Shown piece after piece: positions 1 to 14,178 of a stretch of DNA of 64,000 nt; the stretch's first letter is position 1; each line of letters starts with the position of its first letter. The notes beneath the pieces were generated by a model that was not told where the DNA came from, searched no databases, and was given only the letters and a program-made list of their open reading frames with translations. The DNA comes from Eledone cirrhosa. Taxonomy: Eukaryota. A program made the translations under genes and the position numbers. The stretch is taken from the NCBI GenBank assembly GCA_964016885.1, contig OZ024745.1:108934001-108998000 (forward strand), written 5' to 3'.

Positions 1-5
1 CACAT

Positions 6-1492
<1,487 letters not shown>

Positions 1493-2053
1493 ATAGGGTG
1501 GTACCGAGTCTGTAAACATTTAAAACAAAAATGTATATTTACGAACATATAATGCATTGTTTTCGCCCTCCACCCTTATCTTCCCCCAGTGCACACGCCA
1601 TCTGGCGGAATGAAGTTTCAAGTACTTCCTGTAAAAGGGGGTACCGTCAGCCTGAACATGTATGTGATTCGGCTTGTACGTGTGTGTGTGTGTCGCTGGG
1701 GTGGGGGAATCCGTTTGTTGGAAGGGAAGCGTTGGAGGGGGTGGGAGTTAATGACAATGTAGATACCTGGGTATAGTTGAGCGTTGCTCTATGATTTGGT
1801 TCCGGTGGATTGTGGTAATGGTAATGGTAGGGGGTGTGGGAATTGGTGGTGGTGGTGGTGGTGGTGGTAAAAAGGGATGTTGCGGGTGGGTGTATGTGTG
1901 TGGCGGGTGTTGGGCGATTGATATTGTTTGTGGTTTAGACATATTTTTTTTTTATATCCCTTAGTCAGGGTCTCCGAAACTTGTGGATGTGAGTGTGAGG
2001 GGAATGGGAGAAAGAGAGGAAGAAGAGAAGGAAGGTAATCTCAAACCGGAGAC

Positions 2054-2245
2054 CTTAAGCAAGACACTTCATTCCATTTTGTTCCAGTCCACTAAGCTGG
2101 TTAAATTAAGTTGCACCAGTAATTCCAATAGTCAGCCTTATCACACACTGAGTCACTCTGTACCTGGTATTTCAAGTACAATCCAGAAATCAACAGCGAA
2201 ATACAGAAAGAGAGCGAGGGGAAACAATCAACCCCAATTCTGACC
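2054..2245 (+). mobile_element. SINE body fragment (CORE-like); near-identical inverted copy at 3383-3580
   Basis: Starts with ccttaagcaagacactt, a motif shared with the SINE at 22272-22620; the reverse complement recurs at 3383-3580. Confidence 0.6.
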
Positions 2246-2976
2246 GAATGCTTGCAATAGAGTTGATTCTGTTAAAAGTGCTCAAGAGCTAGGCTGTGGC
2301 TCTAAGCCTGGCGACCGGTTAAATATATTACCTAAGTTGGCCACGACGAGATTTGAACTCAAAACATAAACCACAGACACTATTAACTCTCCCAGTTAAC
2401 CACCCCCACACTGGTATTTTATCTATCGACATTGAAACAGATTACAGGCAATGTTAACCTCGACTAGATTTGAACTCAGAATACAAGGGGTCAAAATAAA
2501 TACCGCCAGGTTATTATACTTCCTTTAATTCGTCACCCATATTAACCATAACTATAATAGTTTAATTTAGGTGCAGAGCCAGCAATCTGGGGAATGGTTG
2601 GTCAATTAAATTGACCTGCAATACTTGATTCTTTATTTTGTCAACATTGGAAGGATGAAATGCAAAGTTGACCTTCGTGGGATTTGAACTCAGAACGTAT
2701 AATCGGAATAACTACCATTGCTCAAATGATTCTGCTAATCCACAACCCTTTAATCAAAACTATAATGAATATCGGTAAAGTTTTGAATACAAAACGTTTG
2801 TGTCTTTTAGTCATAGGCAGCGAACTGGTAGAATTGTTAGAACATCGGATAAGTTGTTTGTACATATTCGTCTGGGCTCACTCTGTTCCGATTTCAAATT
2901 TCACCGATGTCAACTTTGCTTATCATCCTTTCAGGCTCTCAATTGTCCACTGCATCTAATGAGGGTCACACTAGAG

Positions 2977-3284
2977 CAGTGGTTCTCAAATCGTGAACCG
3001 CGGTGCACTGCTGTACCGTGAGATGTAACTACATGCGCGTACAAAAGACTAAGATTAAGTTTTAAGGTGTGTAAAATACAAACTGAAATTAGTATGAAAG
3101 TTTATAAATAGCTTCCAACGTGGAAAACAAGTAAAGTTTAGTAACAAGATTTGCGAAACAGCACAATCTGTCAACTCTGTAAACAATGAGATGTTGTTTT
3201 AAGGAATTTATGGTACAGAATGCGTCAGCATATTTTTACATTTTCAAAAACACGCCGTGAGCAAAAAATGTTTGGTAACCACCA
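2977..3284. mobile_element. hAT (Charlie-like) MITE
   Basis: Termini cagtggttctcaaa ... tttggtaaccacca; flanking 8-mers cactagag / cactagga. Confidence 0.7.
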
Positions 3285-3623
3285 CACTAGGAAAATCTAT
3301 TCTCCGCTCGTCAAGAACATGTCACAACACATTGCGATATACATGTAATATTTCTAAGGTCGGCTCTGCTATCGAGTACAAGTCCAGAATTGGGGTTGAT
3401 TGTTTCCCCTCACTCTCTTTCTGTATTTCGCTGTTGATTTCTGGATTCTACTTGAAATACCAGGTACAGTGTGACTCAATGTGTGATAAGGCTGACTATT
3501 GGAATTACTGGTGCAACTTACTTTAACCAGCTTAGTGGACTGGAACAAAATGGAATGAAGTGTCTTGGTCAAGAACACTACGTTGTTACATAAGTCTCGC
3601 GCTTACTACACGTCCATTTAAGG

Positions 3624-4464
3624 CAGGGGCGTGCAACAGGCGGCCGTGGGCCATAATCCGGCCTGCCAGACCAGTTAGAATGGTCCGCGATGACCGTTTT
3701 TAATTTTTACCTTGTAGGCTTATTTAGAATTTTTCGTAACAGTAATACAATGTTCTGTTAGTTGACCCATACTAAAGGGCTTCACTGATAGGGTTGTGTG
3801 TGTTATAATTTACCAGTTGACTTATACTAAAGGGCTTCACTGATAGGGTTGTGTGTGTTATAATTTACCAGTTGACTTATACTAAAGGGCTTCACTGATA
3901 GGGTTGTGTGTGTTATAATTTACCAGTTGACTTATACTAAAGGGCTTCACTGATAGGGTTGTGTGTGTTATAATTTACCAGTTGACTTATACTAAAGGGC
4001 TTCACTGATAGGGTTGTGTGTGTTATAATTTACCAGTTGACTTATACTAAAGGGCTTCACTGATAGGGTTGTGTGTGTTATAATTTACCAGTTGACTTAT
4101 ACTAAAGGGCTTCACTGATAGGGTTGTGTGTGTTATAATTTCCCAGTTCCATGTTATGGAAAGAAAGTTGTGGTGAATCTTTGGAATAGTGCTTAATAAA
4201 TATTAATTGTTTCTACTTTTGGCACAAGGCCAGCAATTATCCCAGTGCATTACTGGTACTTTATTTTATCGACCCCGTAAGGATGAAAGGCAAAGTTAAC
4301 CTAGGCGGGATTTGAACTCAGATTATAAAGGGAGGTAACTCTATGCTTCAAAGCATGGCGTCCGACCCTTACCGATACTGCCAATCCAAATAAATATTAA
4401 TGGCCTTAATAGTTGTTCCAATGTTCAAAGGTGGCCCGCCAATGAAATATGTTGCACACCCCTG
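3624..4464. mobile_element. Non-autonomous hAT element with internal 55-bp minisatellite and nested SINE
   Basis: TIRs caggggcgtgcaac / gttgcacacccctg; degenerate 8-bp TSD; nested minus-strand SINE at 4203-4388 flanked by aataaatattaat. Confidence 0.7.
3761..4146. repeat. 55-bp minisatellite, 7 near-identical units
   Basis: Unit gttgacttatactaaagggcttcactgatagggttgtgtgtgttataatttacca at 3761, 3816, 3871, 3926, 3981, 4036, 4091. Confidence 0.95.
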
Positions 4465-4786
4465 TTTTAAACGTTTAGACGACACAATACGTATATCAAG
4501 TTAGCGACAGTTTTAGATAACCGAATATAATACTATAAATACAATGACACTATACCATGTACTGAGTACTTCTTTTCATTTGTTTGTTACATGTGACACA
4601 GAAACACGCACACACATGTGTGTGTGTTTAATAATTCAAGGAAACAACAAACAGAGATACAAAAAGTCTTATTAGTTTCACGCTTTATATAGAAAAGAGG
4701 AAAGAAAGTGACGTGTCGGATTTTAGCCCTTCTTCAGGAGTACAAATAGAGGCAGGATCACAGAGGATACATACATAAAAGTAAAA

Positions 4787-4963
4787 TAATTGTTTCTAAT
4801 TTACACAAGGCCAGAAATTACCCAGTGCATTACTGGTACTTTATTTTATCGACCCTGTAAGGATGAAAGGCAAAGTCAACCTCGGCGGGATTTGAACTCA
4901 GATCGTAAAGGGACGTAACTATGGTGGAAAGCATGGCGTCCGACCCTCTACCGATACTGCCAA
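4787..4963 (-). mobile_element. tRNA-derived SINE (dominant family)
   Basis: Reverse complement of the consensus tggcagtatcggtagagggtcggacgcc...gagttcaaatcccgccgagg...ggtcgataaaataaagtaccag...gaaacaattatt. Confidence 0.9.
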
Positions 4964-5088
4964 TGGTGGGAATAGAGGAACGAGTGAACAAAACATGAAA
5001 GGTGGCACAAACAAGTTAGAGGTAAAAACAAGAAGAGGAGACATAGAGAGATATAGAAATATATATTTAGAGAGCGGGAGAGAGAGAG

Positions 5089-5173
<85 letters not shown>

Positions 5174-5306
5174 TATATATATATATATAGAGAGAGAGAG
5201 ATGTAAAATCCAGTAGGGATTTTACATCTCTCTACACTTACTCTGCATTTCCCCATGCATTGAGCACTCCCATGATTAGTGGTCTCCCCGGTCTCAGTAC
5301 CACAGA

Positions 5307-5429
<123 letters not shown>

Positions 5430-5787
5430 CTCGCTCACATTTCATATGGTCGGGACGTGTCTGTGTCTCTCCTTGTCCATGATTTGATCGAACTTAAGTT
5501 CACAGATATCTCGGACTTGTTTCTCCTCTTCCTCTCTTTCCGTTGCATTTCCATCTCTGTTTGTTTACATCTCTCGCTCGCTTCACCCTATTCTACGTGT
5601 CCCAATAACTTGTTTTAGTTATTGCTCGCACCAGCCAGAGGTATATGATCTTTAATGGGAAGAAATACCAATGACGACTGGAAAATCACTGATGACGGAC
5701 GCCCTGTCTTCTCGCTCTAATTTTATTCATATGTATCTCATTTGCAACAACGCAGCACGCCATTTTTCATTTATATATATATATAGT

Positions 5788-6012
5788 AGTAGAACACTGG
5801 AAGGTAATATCCGTAGTGGTAGAGCACTGAGTCCAAGGGACGAGTTAGGTAGAAGTGGTTACACAACAGTTAGTTCACCATACCGAGAACAATTATTTCA
5901 CCTTAGCAGATCCTCAGCTCGTAATGGACACCCACCCATATATTACGAGCTGAGCATCCGCTAAAGTGAAACAATTGTTCTCGTTATGGTGAACTAACTG
6001 TTGTGTAACCAC

Positions 6013-6017
<5 letters not shown>
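5788..6017. mobile_element. Short foldback PLE-terminus-like element with 76-bp inverted arms, each containing an HHR motif
   Basis: Arms 5850-5925 and 5942-6017. Minus arm reads acgag CTGAGGA t ctgctaagg t GAAA taattg TT ctcgg. Flanked by TA tracts. Confidence 0.65.
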
Positions 6018-6076
<59 letters not shown>

Positions 6077-6348
6077 TAAATCATGTCCTTAGATAAAATA
6101 TATACCATTTCCTCTCCAAATTAGCATAATTAACCATATAAAAAAATCAATTAGACCAGGCTATAAGAATAAAGGCTCCTATGAAGAAATATTTGATAAA
6201 TAACCGAAAGCGGCCTCTTCGCGGTGACCTCAATAGAGTATTTACCCAACATTCCAACAGCGTGTAGAAACTGACTAAATATACCGTCAACCATACACAA
6301 TTAGGTGTAAATTTAAACTTAGAAGAAACGTGTACATACCGTAATTAC

Positions 6349-6427
6349 ATCTCTACCATGGTTTCGTCCGTATTTTTAGATATCCTATTGTTAGGATGAA
6401 TCTAGAGTAACAGACTCTTCAGGAGAC
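6349..6427 (-). ncRNA. Type I hammerhead ribozyme, intact core
   Basis: Minus strand: gtctc CTGAAGA gtctgt[long hairpin]acggac GAAA ccatgg TA gagat. 5-bp stem I, 6-bp base of stem II, palindromic minimal stem III, GUA cleavage triplet. Confidence 0.85.
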
Positions 6428-6980
6428 AAACTTAAGTTGGACAGTTAATTTTCCAAAGCGATCGCGCCAAAAATAGATTCAAAAATGGCTAAGAATCGTG
6501 ACGTGGCAGTGGTCAAGTTAGAAAGAATGTGATTAGTTGCTTACGGCGGGTAGGCTGGTTGCTAGAAAGCGCAGCCCAATATCGCCCAATTGCATCTCAA
6601 CCCAACGGGAGATTATTAAATATAAAGATTTACATATACATAAAGTCACAGATATATATGCGGCAACCGGTCACGTTGTGGCTCAATGAAGAATTAATAA
6701 ATTAAATAATGAGAGCAATATATCATAAATCATGTCCTTAGAATTATTAGATAAAATATATACCATTTCCTCTCCCAATTAGCATAATTAACCATATAAA
6801 AAAACCAATTAGACCAGGCTATAAGAATAAAGGCTCCTATGAAGAAATATTTGATAAATAACCGCGGTGACCTCAATAGAGTATTTACCCAACATTTCAA
6901 CAGCATGTAGAAACTGACTAAATATACCGTCAACCATACACAATTAGGTGTAAATTTAAACTTAGAAGAAACGTAATTAC

Positions 6981-7059
6981 ATCTCTACCATGGTTTCGTC
7001 CGTATTTTTAGATATCCTATTGTTACGATGAATCTAGAGTAACAGACACTTCAGGAGAC
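6981..7059 (-). ncRNA. Type I hammerhead ribozyme, second copy with A9-to-U core change
   Basis: gtctc CTGAAGT gtctgt...acggac GAAA ccatgg TA gagat. Confidence 0.75.
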
Positions 7060-7442
7060 AAACTCAAGTTGGACAGTTAATTTTCCAAATATATATATAT
7101 ATTGTGCGCGTATATGTGTGTGTGACTTGCGCAATTTTTAAAACAATACATCTGTAATGGCTCTGTTTCCAATGTTGTGGGCTTTCTCCATTACAAACTC
7201 AAGTTTGACAGTTAATTTGCGAAATATTGGATTGGATTAATTTGAAAATAATTTAGGAACAGTGCAGATAACTACAATTAGTAGTTGAATAAGTTGGGTA
7301 AATTGCAGCTGAAGACGGTAACAGGCGGCAAAGCTGTCTGCAGAAATCGAATCATACATCCCTCGAGAGATGCATGATTCTTTACCCGAGTGGAGTAAAG
7401 TATTGCTTATAGTTATTTGCAATGTGGCTAATTTATTTCTAC

Positions 7443-7508
<66 letters not shown>

Positions 7509-7689
7509 GTATTACTACCATTTTGTTTGTTTACTTTCCCCTTCCAATTCGCTCTGTCCCGATAACTTGATTTAGTTATCGCTCGCACTGATTTTAGGTA
7601 TCTAGTCTTTAATGCGAAGAAATACCAATGATAATCAGCAGACTACTGATGATGGACAGTCCTGTTTCTCGGTCTATTTTCATTCATAT

Positions 7690-7753
<64 letters not shown>

Positions 7754-7892
7754 AAAAGGTACCAAGTGGAACATAACGCACCACAGTACTCAGTACTTAA
7801 GGTAGTAGAGTGGGTAATAGGAAAATAATCAGGACCCCGATGGGTGAGCTAGATGCGAACCCCGTCGGGGTCCTGACTATTTTCCTATATAT

Positions 7893-8238
7893 ATGGTGGA
7901 TGGGTGCTACACGAGAATGCTGTACATTAAGCAGTATACACTGAGGATGAAAAACTCAGGGCTGTATGGGAACCCCCCCAAAAGTCAGCTCAAAAGTGAC
8001 ACAGAGGAGACTGAGGTTAGCTGGACATGTACACCGACATCCAGAGTTGACATTGCACTCAGTGCTCCTGTGGGAGTCCCTGCATGGACACACTGGAAGA
8101 GGAAGACCAAGGTTAACATATGTTGATGCCCTAAAGATAGACACTGGTCTGTTGGAGATACAGGACATGGCAGCGATAATGAGGGACAGAGACCGCTGGA
8201 GAGAACTCGTCTATGGATCTCGGGAATTTTACCCGCCC
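7893..8238 (+). mobile_element. RTE-clade LINE 3' fragment
   Basis: DGCYTRML...LYGNPPKVS...RRLRLAGHVHRH...LLWE...GRGRPRLTYVD...MRDRDRWR is a typical RTE ORF C-terminus. Confidence 0.8.
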
Positions 8239-8639
8239 TATATATATATATATATGTGAGTATAGACATAGAATATTCGAAAATATTCTGTATGTTTATA
8301 ATAAACATTTTGAAGACCTAATCGCTATAGAATAGAATACGTCACGTATTACAATTATATATATATGCACATTTTTGTAGGGTTTGTATATGAATATATA
8401 TATATACATGCAGTTGTATTATAAACTCTAGCAGTCATTTGTTTTGCTGCTGCTGTTTCTTTGACATAGACACCCACATACTCATTTACACACACTTACA
8501 TTCTCACACAGAATTACCAATTCTTTATTACACAGTGGGAGATCACAGAAAAGACTCCACCCAAGACTTAACTACATTGTTCTCTCTAGTAGCCTACACC
8601 ATTACACTGATATGTATGCCTGTGGGTACACTGAATGAA

Positions 8640-8715
<76 letters not shown>

Positions 8716-8733
8716 GTGGGTACACTGAATGAA

Positions 8734-8802
<69 letters not shown>

Positions 8803-8904
8803 TGTATATATATATATACAATGATATTAAATAAATGGAAACTATATTTATAAAACCATATTTATTCTATTATATATATATTTCAAGGGTACCATATCGC
8901 TTCT

Positions 8905-8986
<82 letters not shown>

Positions 8987-9206
8987 TATATATATATATA
9001 TATATTGTTATACGTTGGGAGGGTCATGTTGCCAATAATATACCAAATATATATATATATATATATATATTGTTACACTTTGGGAGGGTCATGTTGCCAA
9101 TAATATACCAAAGTATAACAATATCGGTTTCAACACACGATTTCAGATAAAGAATCTTGCTAAACAAATTCAGAAACGAAATATATATATATATATATAT
9201 ATAAAA

Positions 9207-9255
<49 letters not shown>

Positions 9256-9518
9256 CCTGTCGGTACACTGAATGAAGTTTGTGTATATATATATATATAT
9301 ATATATACGTCTGTGGGTACACTGAATGAAGTGTGTGTGTATATATATATATGTGTGTGTGTATATAGGAGCCTAATAAGTTGGCGATTATTGTTGAACG
9401 GTGTGGTAGTTCTTGCTGGTGGCTGTACAACACACACACACACACACAGGCACACACGCACACACACACGCACACGCACATACACACACACACATACACA
9501 CACACATATATATATCCA

Positions 9519-9624
9519 TATAGGGTATTCAGATGAAAATATTTACACATTTCAACAGCATTCTAATAAATATTGGTTGCGCAAGTAATCAACGTGTGTA
9601 TACATTTTTGGGGGGACACCCTGT
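9519..9624. mobile_element. ~105-bp Tc1/mariner-type MITE (opposite-orientation copy at 13231-13333)
   Basis: Termini related to cagggtgtccccaaaaatgtatacacac, in a TA context; internal sequence shared between the two copies. Confidence 0.65.
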
Positions 9625-9997
9625 GTATGGGTGGAAAGAAAATGTGTGAGGACTGATAGTGTGTGTGTGTGTGTGTGTATGTGTATAACGTGTGTGTGTG
9701 TGTGTGAGAGCTCTTCAGGACAAGTGTGTCGGAGATGTATTTGGTTTTAACTCGTAAAGGATTTGCATGCAAGATTGAATGCGTCAGTGGCTTTGATATT
9801 TTTGTGTGTGTGTGCATGAGTATTTATGTGTGTGTGTGTGTATATGTATGTGTGTGTGTGTATGTGTATGTGTGTAGGTGTGTGTGTGTGTGTGGGTGTA
9901 GGTGTGTGTGAGTGTATGTGTGTATGTGTGTAGGTGTGTGTGTGTGTGTGTGTGTATGTGTGTGTGTATGTGTATGTGTAGGTGTGTGTGTGTGTAG

Positions 9998-10028
<31 letters not shown>

Positions 10029-10569
10029 TATAGGTGTGTGTGTAGGTGTGTGTGTGTAGGTGTGTGTGTAGGTGTGTGCATAAGCGTGTGCACATGCTTG
10101 AGCAGGTGTGCGTATGCATGTATATCGTGATGACTGTATATTAGTATACACAATCTGTATATACATAAATGCATGTCTGTATGTACAATAAACATTGTTC
10201 TTTGGGACAAAGAGAAAAGGGCTTGCTTTGTTGTTAAAATTAGTTGTTCAGCTGACATAAATATCACATCATGGGGAAAGAAATAAAGAGAATATCTATG
10301 GACAAGTCAGGCATGACTTACAATACTTGTATACCCGGATTATTAGTCATATTTGGACCCATGAACTTCCTTTAAATAAGCTTTACCCCTAATAATTAAC
10401 ACAAAATTCCCAGCCACTAACACATTAGGTGACACAGTTTTTATCGTACCTGGTTGCTTCATTGATTTTAATGTCTGTGTATCTCTTCAACGTAATCGCA
10501 GTCATGGGCAAATGGTTGAGAATTTCGCAATCATCAGGTCATCGTTTCAAATCCACTGAATGCCACCGT

Positions 10570-10722
10570 CAAGAAATAAGTGTTCTCTCTTTACCATAGC
10601 CGTGGGTCGGGGCCAGCGCGTGGAACCCCATTTGTTCATAATAGTGAAAGATGGGGAGAGCGAGAGAGATGGAGACGATGACAGTGGGAGTTCGGCTCCT
10701 CTGCATTTGGACCTAGTGTACG
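10570..10722 (+). mobile_element. Unclassified GC-rich interspersed repeat (related pieces at 16140-16450 minus and 35540-35850)
   Basis: Shared blocks cgtgga(a)ccccatttg...gatggggagagcg(a/g)gagaga...gtgacagtgggagtt. Confidence 0.55.
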
Positions 10723-11204
10723 TGTGTGTGTGTGTATGTTTACTTCTCGATATCAAAATATTTACGCTCCCTACTTCTTTGATCCGATATTTGGCAATTT
10801 TATACAGTGTCTATGTTTATTTTAAAGCAAGGGGAGGGCCTGCAATTTGCAAAAAACAGTAAGTGCAGATCAAGACCCTGGATATTTTCTTTAGGGCCTT
10901 GGACGAATCCCTCACCACCACCACCACCACCACACAATTTGACGGAGATTTGGCTGCTGTTTCTAGCAGATCGAACGACTACGTGGAGATTCCCTCACTG
11001 GATAGTGTGTGAGTTTGCGTGTTGAGCTTGTATTTGTTCATTAGAATTGGTCATTGATCAACCTAAACGATGATTACCTGACTAATGATAAAATCAGTTT
11101 TCGTTGTTCACTTCTATAACTGACATTATCTCTCTCTAACGAATCCTTCTCTTTCATTATCGTTCTACCTTCACCATCTTTTTACTCTGACAACCTTTAC
11201 CCCG

Positions 11205-11418
11205 GATTGGCAGTATCAGTAGAGCGTCGGACACCATCTTTTGCAGCATAGAGTTACGGCTCTTTACGATCTGAGTTCAAATCCCGCCAAGGTTAACTTT
11301 GCCTTTCATCCTTACGGGATCGATAAAATAAAGCACCAATTACGTACTGGAGTCGATTTAATCGATTTTCCCCTCCCCCAAATTGCTGACCTTGTGCCTA
11401 TACTAGAAATCATTATTG
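11205..11418 (+). mobile_element. tRNA-derived SINE, long subtype
   Basis: A-box-like tggcagtatcag, B box gagttcaaatcc, extra gtcgatttaatcga...cccc segment before the tail. Confidence 0.85.
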
Positions 11419-12538
11419 GTAAAGAGAGAGAGGTTAGAGAGAGAGAGGGTTAGGGAGAGAGGGGTAGAGAGAGAGAGGATAGAGATAGAGGGGATAGGAA
11501 TAGAGAAAGAAAGAGATAGAAAGAGAGATATATATAGAAAGAGAGAGAGAGAGAGAGGAAATTGTGTAGTTTCGAGTTCAGTCCCATTGCGTGGTATATT
11601 CAGCAAGTATCTTCTATTATAACCACCGATTGTTTGCTAGATATGTTTTATTTAAAAAAAAATTTTAATCGCAAACAAATCTATTTCAAATAACAACAAC
11701 ACTACAGATATTTAAACATGGAAAATGAAGGAAAAGACAAGGTCTCTAGGGTCACAGAAGAATGGGAGCAAGAAGAGGAGGGTGATAGGCTCTAGGCTTA
11801 AGGTGCGGCGCTGTTAAGGCTACGCCCCGCGGACAAGCTTTTTTGCGGAATGACCAATGGTCTTTTTAAGTGCAAGTTATTAGAAAGAAGCCCTCCGTGA
11901 ATGGTTTTATCTACATTTACTAGTTTATTACATGTTTCCACAAAAAGTGGTCGATAATAAATAGTATTAAACTTGAAATATATATATACTGGTTTCTATG
12001 TATGTATGTGTGGTCCCGTACGTAACTTCTGATAGAGTCGTAGGGGCGCCGCATTGGCATACGGCATTTCTTGGGCAATTTAAGCCTGGCAGAACCCATC
12101 GCTCTCCAGGCCCGAATACAGCAGATTTCTTCCAGAGAAAGATAGAAAGTGAGAGAGAGAGGAAATGAGATAGAGTTACAGAGGAAGAATCAACCTCTTT
12201 ACAAGACTGTTACATTTTTTATCTTCCTTAAAAGGATGAAAGGCAAAGTTGATCTTGGTGGGATTTTAACTCAGAAACCAGAGAGCCGAATTGTATACCA
12301 TAAAGCATTCTATCTGACATTCTAACGACGTTGTCAATTCGCCGCCTGTACCGGTTTCTATATGACAGACTAAATCACTTTAAGGTGGAGCATCAACATG
12401 GTCACGGTAAAAAAATAAGAAAAATTATGAGCCGTAAAAGGCGAAACGAAGTTCCAGTCAAACAAATATTATACGTATTAAGACTTTTCATCAAAAGATC
12501 TTAATTGTTATTTATAGATTTATAGTATAGCAACACAA

Positions 12539-12618
<80 letters not shown>

Positions 12619-12722
12619 GTGTGTGTGCGTGTGTGTGTGACAGAGAGAGAGAGGGAGAGAGAGAGAGAGTGAGAGATAAAGAGAGTGTGTGAGTGAGTGT
12701 GTGTGTATGTATATATACACTA

Positions 12723-13196
12723 TGTCGGGTCACTCTTGAGTGCTACTGGTAACATGTAACCCAGTACAACCTGTCGCATGGTCGGGTCGTCGTCGTCGGC
12801 GACTAAACCGGCAACCCCACCAAGTTTACTTGGTGAGGAGGGTGATTTTGGACACCCTGCAGGACAAAAAACAAAACCTGACAAAGGGCGGGAGAACTTC
12901 TAAGAGTCAACGGCCATCCAAAAGTGTGTAAATATGTATATACACATGTACATATGTATGTATATGTATATGTGTATATACATGGGTGCATGTGTATGTA
13001 TATGCGAGGGGACATAGAAATAGTCGGGCTGGACACCCGATCGCACGGTTAAACCACTGGGAGTGAAGGACCCCTAGCCTTTGTCAGGGCACAGTCTTTC
13101 CTCACTTTAAAACATATCTTCACGCACGATAGAATTAATTAATAATTATTAATAATGGTATATCGTGCAATGGCCATACTCGAGAACGAGGGGGCA

Positions 13197-13203
<7 letters not shown>
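12723..13203 (+). mobile_element. Partial copy of the ~480-bp microsatellite-tailed non-coding retroelement seen at 43926-44408
   Basis: 12723-12930 matches 43926-44130; 13088-13203 matches 44283-44408. Confidence 0.7.
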
Positions 13204-13230
<27 letters not shown>

Positions 13231-13234
<4 letters not shown>

Positions 13235-13333
13235 GGTGTGCCCCAAAAATGTATACACACTTTGATTGCCTGTACAGGAAATATTTATTAGAATGCTGTT
13301 GAAGTGTGTATACATTTTTGGGGACTCCCTTTA
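13231..13333. mobile_element. Tc1/mariner-type MITE
   Basis: cagggtgtgccccaaaaatgtatacacac ... gtgtgtatacatttttggggactccct inverted ends. Confidence 0.7.
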
Positions 13334-13334
13334 C

Positions 13335-13373
<39 letters not shown>

Positions 13374-13662
13374 GTATATATACATACATACATACATACA
13401 TACATACATACATACATGCACTCGTTTACGTAAGAGACTGGTTTCACAGTGTGTGGAAACGTGAATGAGAGGATAGATAACACGTTAACACTTGGTTATG
13501 AGAGTGTGTATGTATGTGCGGGTTCCTCAAAGTACTGCTGTAAATATCAGCTTACAACTGGTCATATTGTATCTGATATCCTTAACGTTAATACTGCTGT
13601 TGGCTGTTAATGAGTTTGGAGCCCAACATCATTATGAATTACCGTTTAGAGGCTGTTGGTAG

Positions 13663-13696
<34 letters not shown>

Positions 13697-14025
13697 ATTG
13701 CTGTTACTATTCTGGTTAGAGAAAGTGAGTTAGTGCGGAAACGATGAAGCAAACAGACTAAATGCCTTTACAGTATTCAGTTTCGCTTTGGTCTTTCTAT
13801 ATTCACTGTCACAAACTCCGTCTGGAGATTGGGGTTTATTCCTAGGTAGGCCCTGATCGAGCAAAAGGATTTCTAGCAATCATCACTTAAGATGTCCTTC
13901 AATATTATAAGTGTAGGGTAAAGTTTGAAGGCGATTAGAATACTATTTAAAACTACCATCAACTACTGTAATAACACCACGAAATAAATGAGTTACCGTA
14001 TTTATTTGACGAAATAAATGACTTG

Positions 14026-14178
14026 CCGCATTTCCCGGCGCCGAAGACGCACCCTAATTTTGCCAACCAGAAATTTGAAAAAAAAAAAATAAACAACCTT
14101 CGGCCTCCAGGACGCATGGTAGATTTTTGAGACGTATTTTAAGGGAAAAGGTAGCGTCTTCGACGCCGGGAAATACGG
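14026..14178. mobile_element. Tc1/mariner (pogo-like) MITE
   Basis: TIRs ccgcatttcccggcgccgaagacgc / gcgtcttcgacgccgggaaatacgg, followed by TA. Confidence 0.75.

Larger units (their letters stand above)
6073..7089 (-). mobile_element. Non-coding HHR-bearing element: two ~370-385 bp direct repeats around a ~260 bp spacer, inserted in (TA)n (non-autonomous PLE or retrozyme-like)
   Basis: 6073-6456 is repeated at 6719-7089; each copy carries a type I HHR; (TA)n on both flanks. Confidence 0.75.

Noticed and set aside
4708-4740. Minus-strand CTGAAGA-agggctaaaatcc-GACA-cgtc hammerhead-like motif
   Set aside because: GAAA is mutated and stem I is unconvincing; at best a dead PLE relic
5689-5720. 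CTGATGA words at 5689 and about 7646 in two related repeat fragments
   Set aside because: No downstream stem II/GAAA arrangement visible
8620-9331. CRISPR-like repeat-spacer pattern
   Set aside because: The spacers are TA/TG microsatellites; no cas genes
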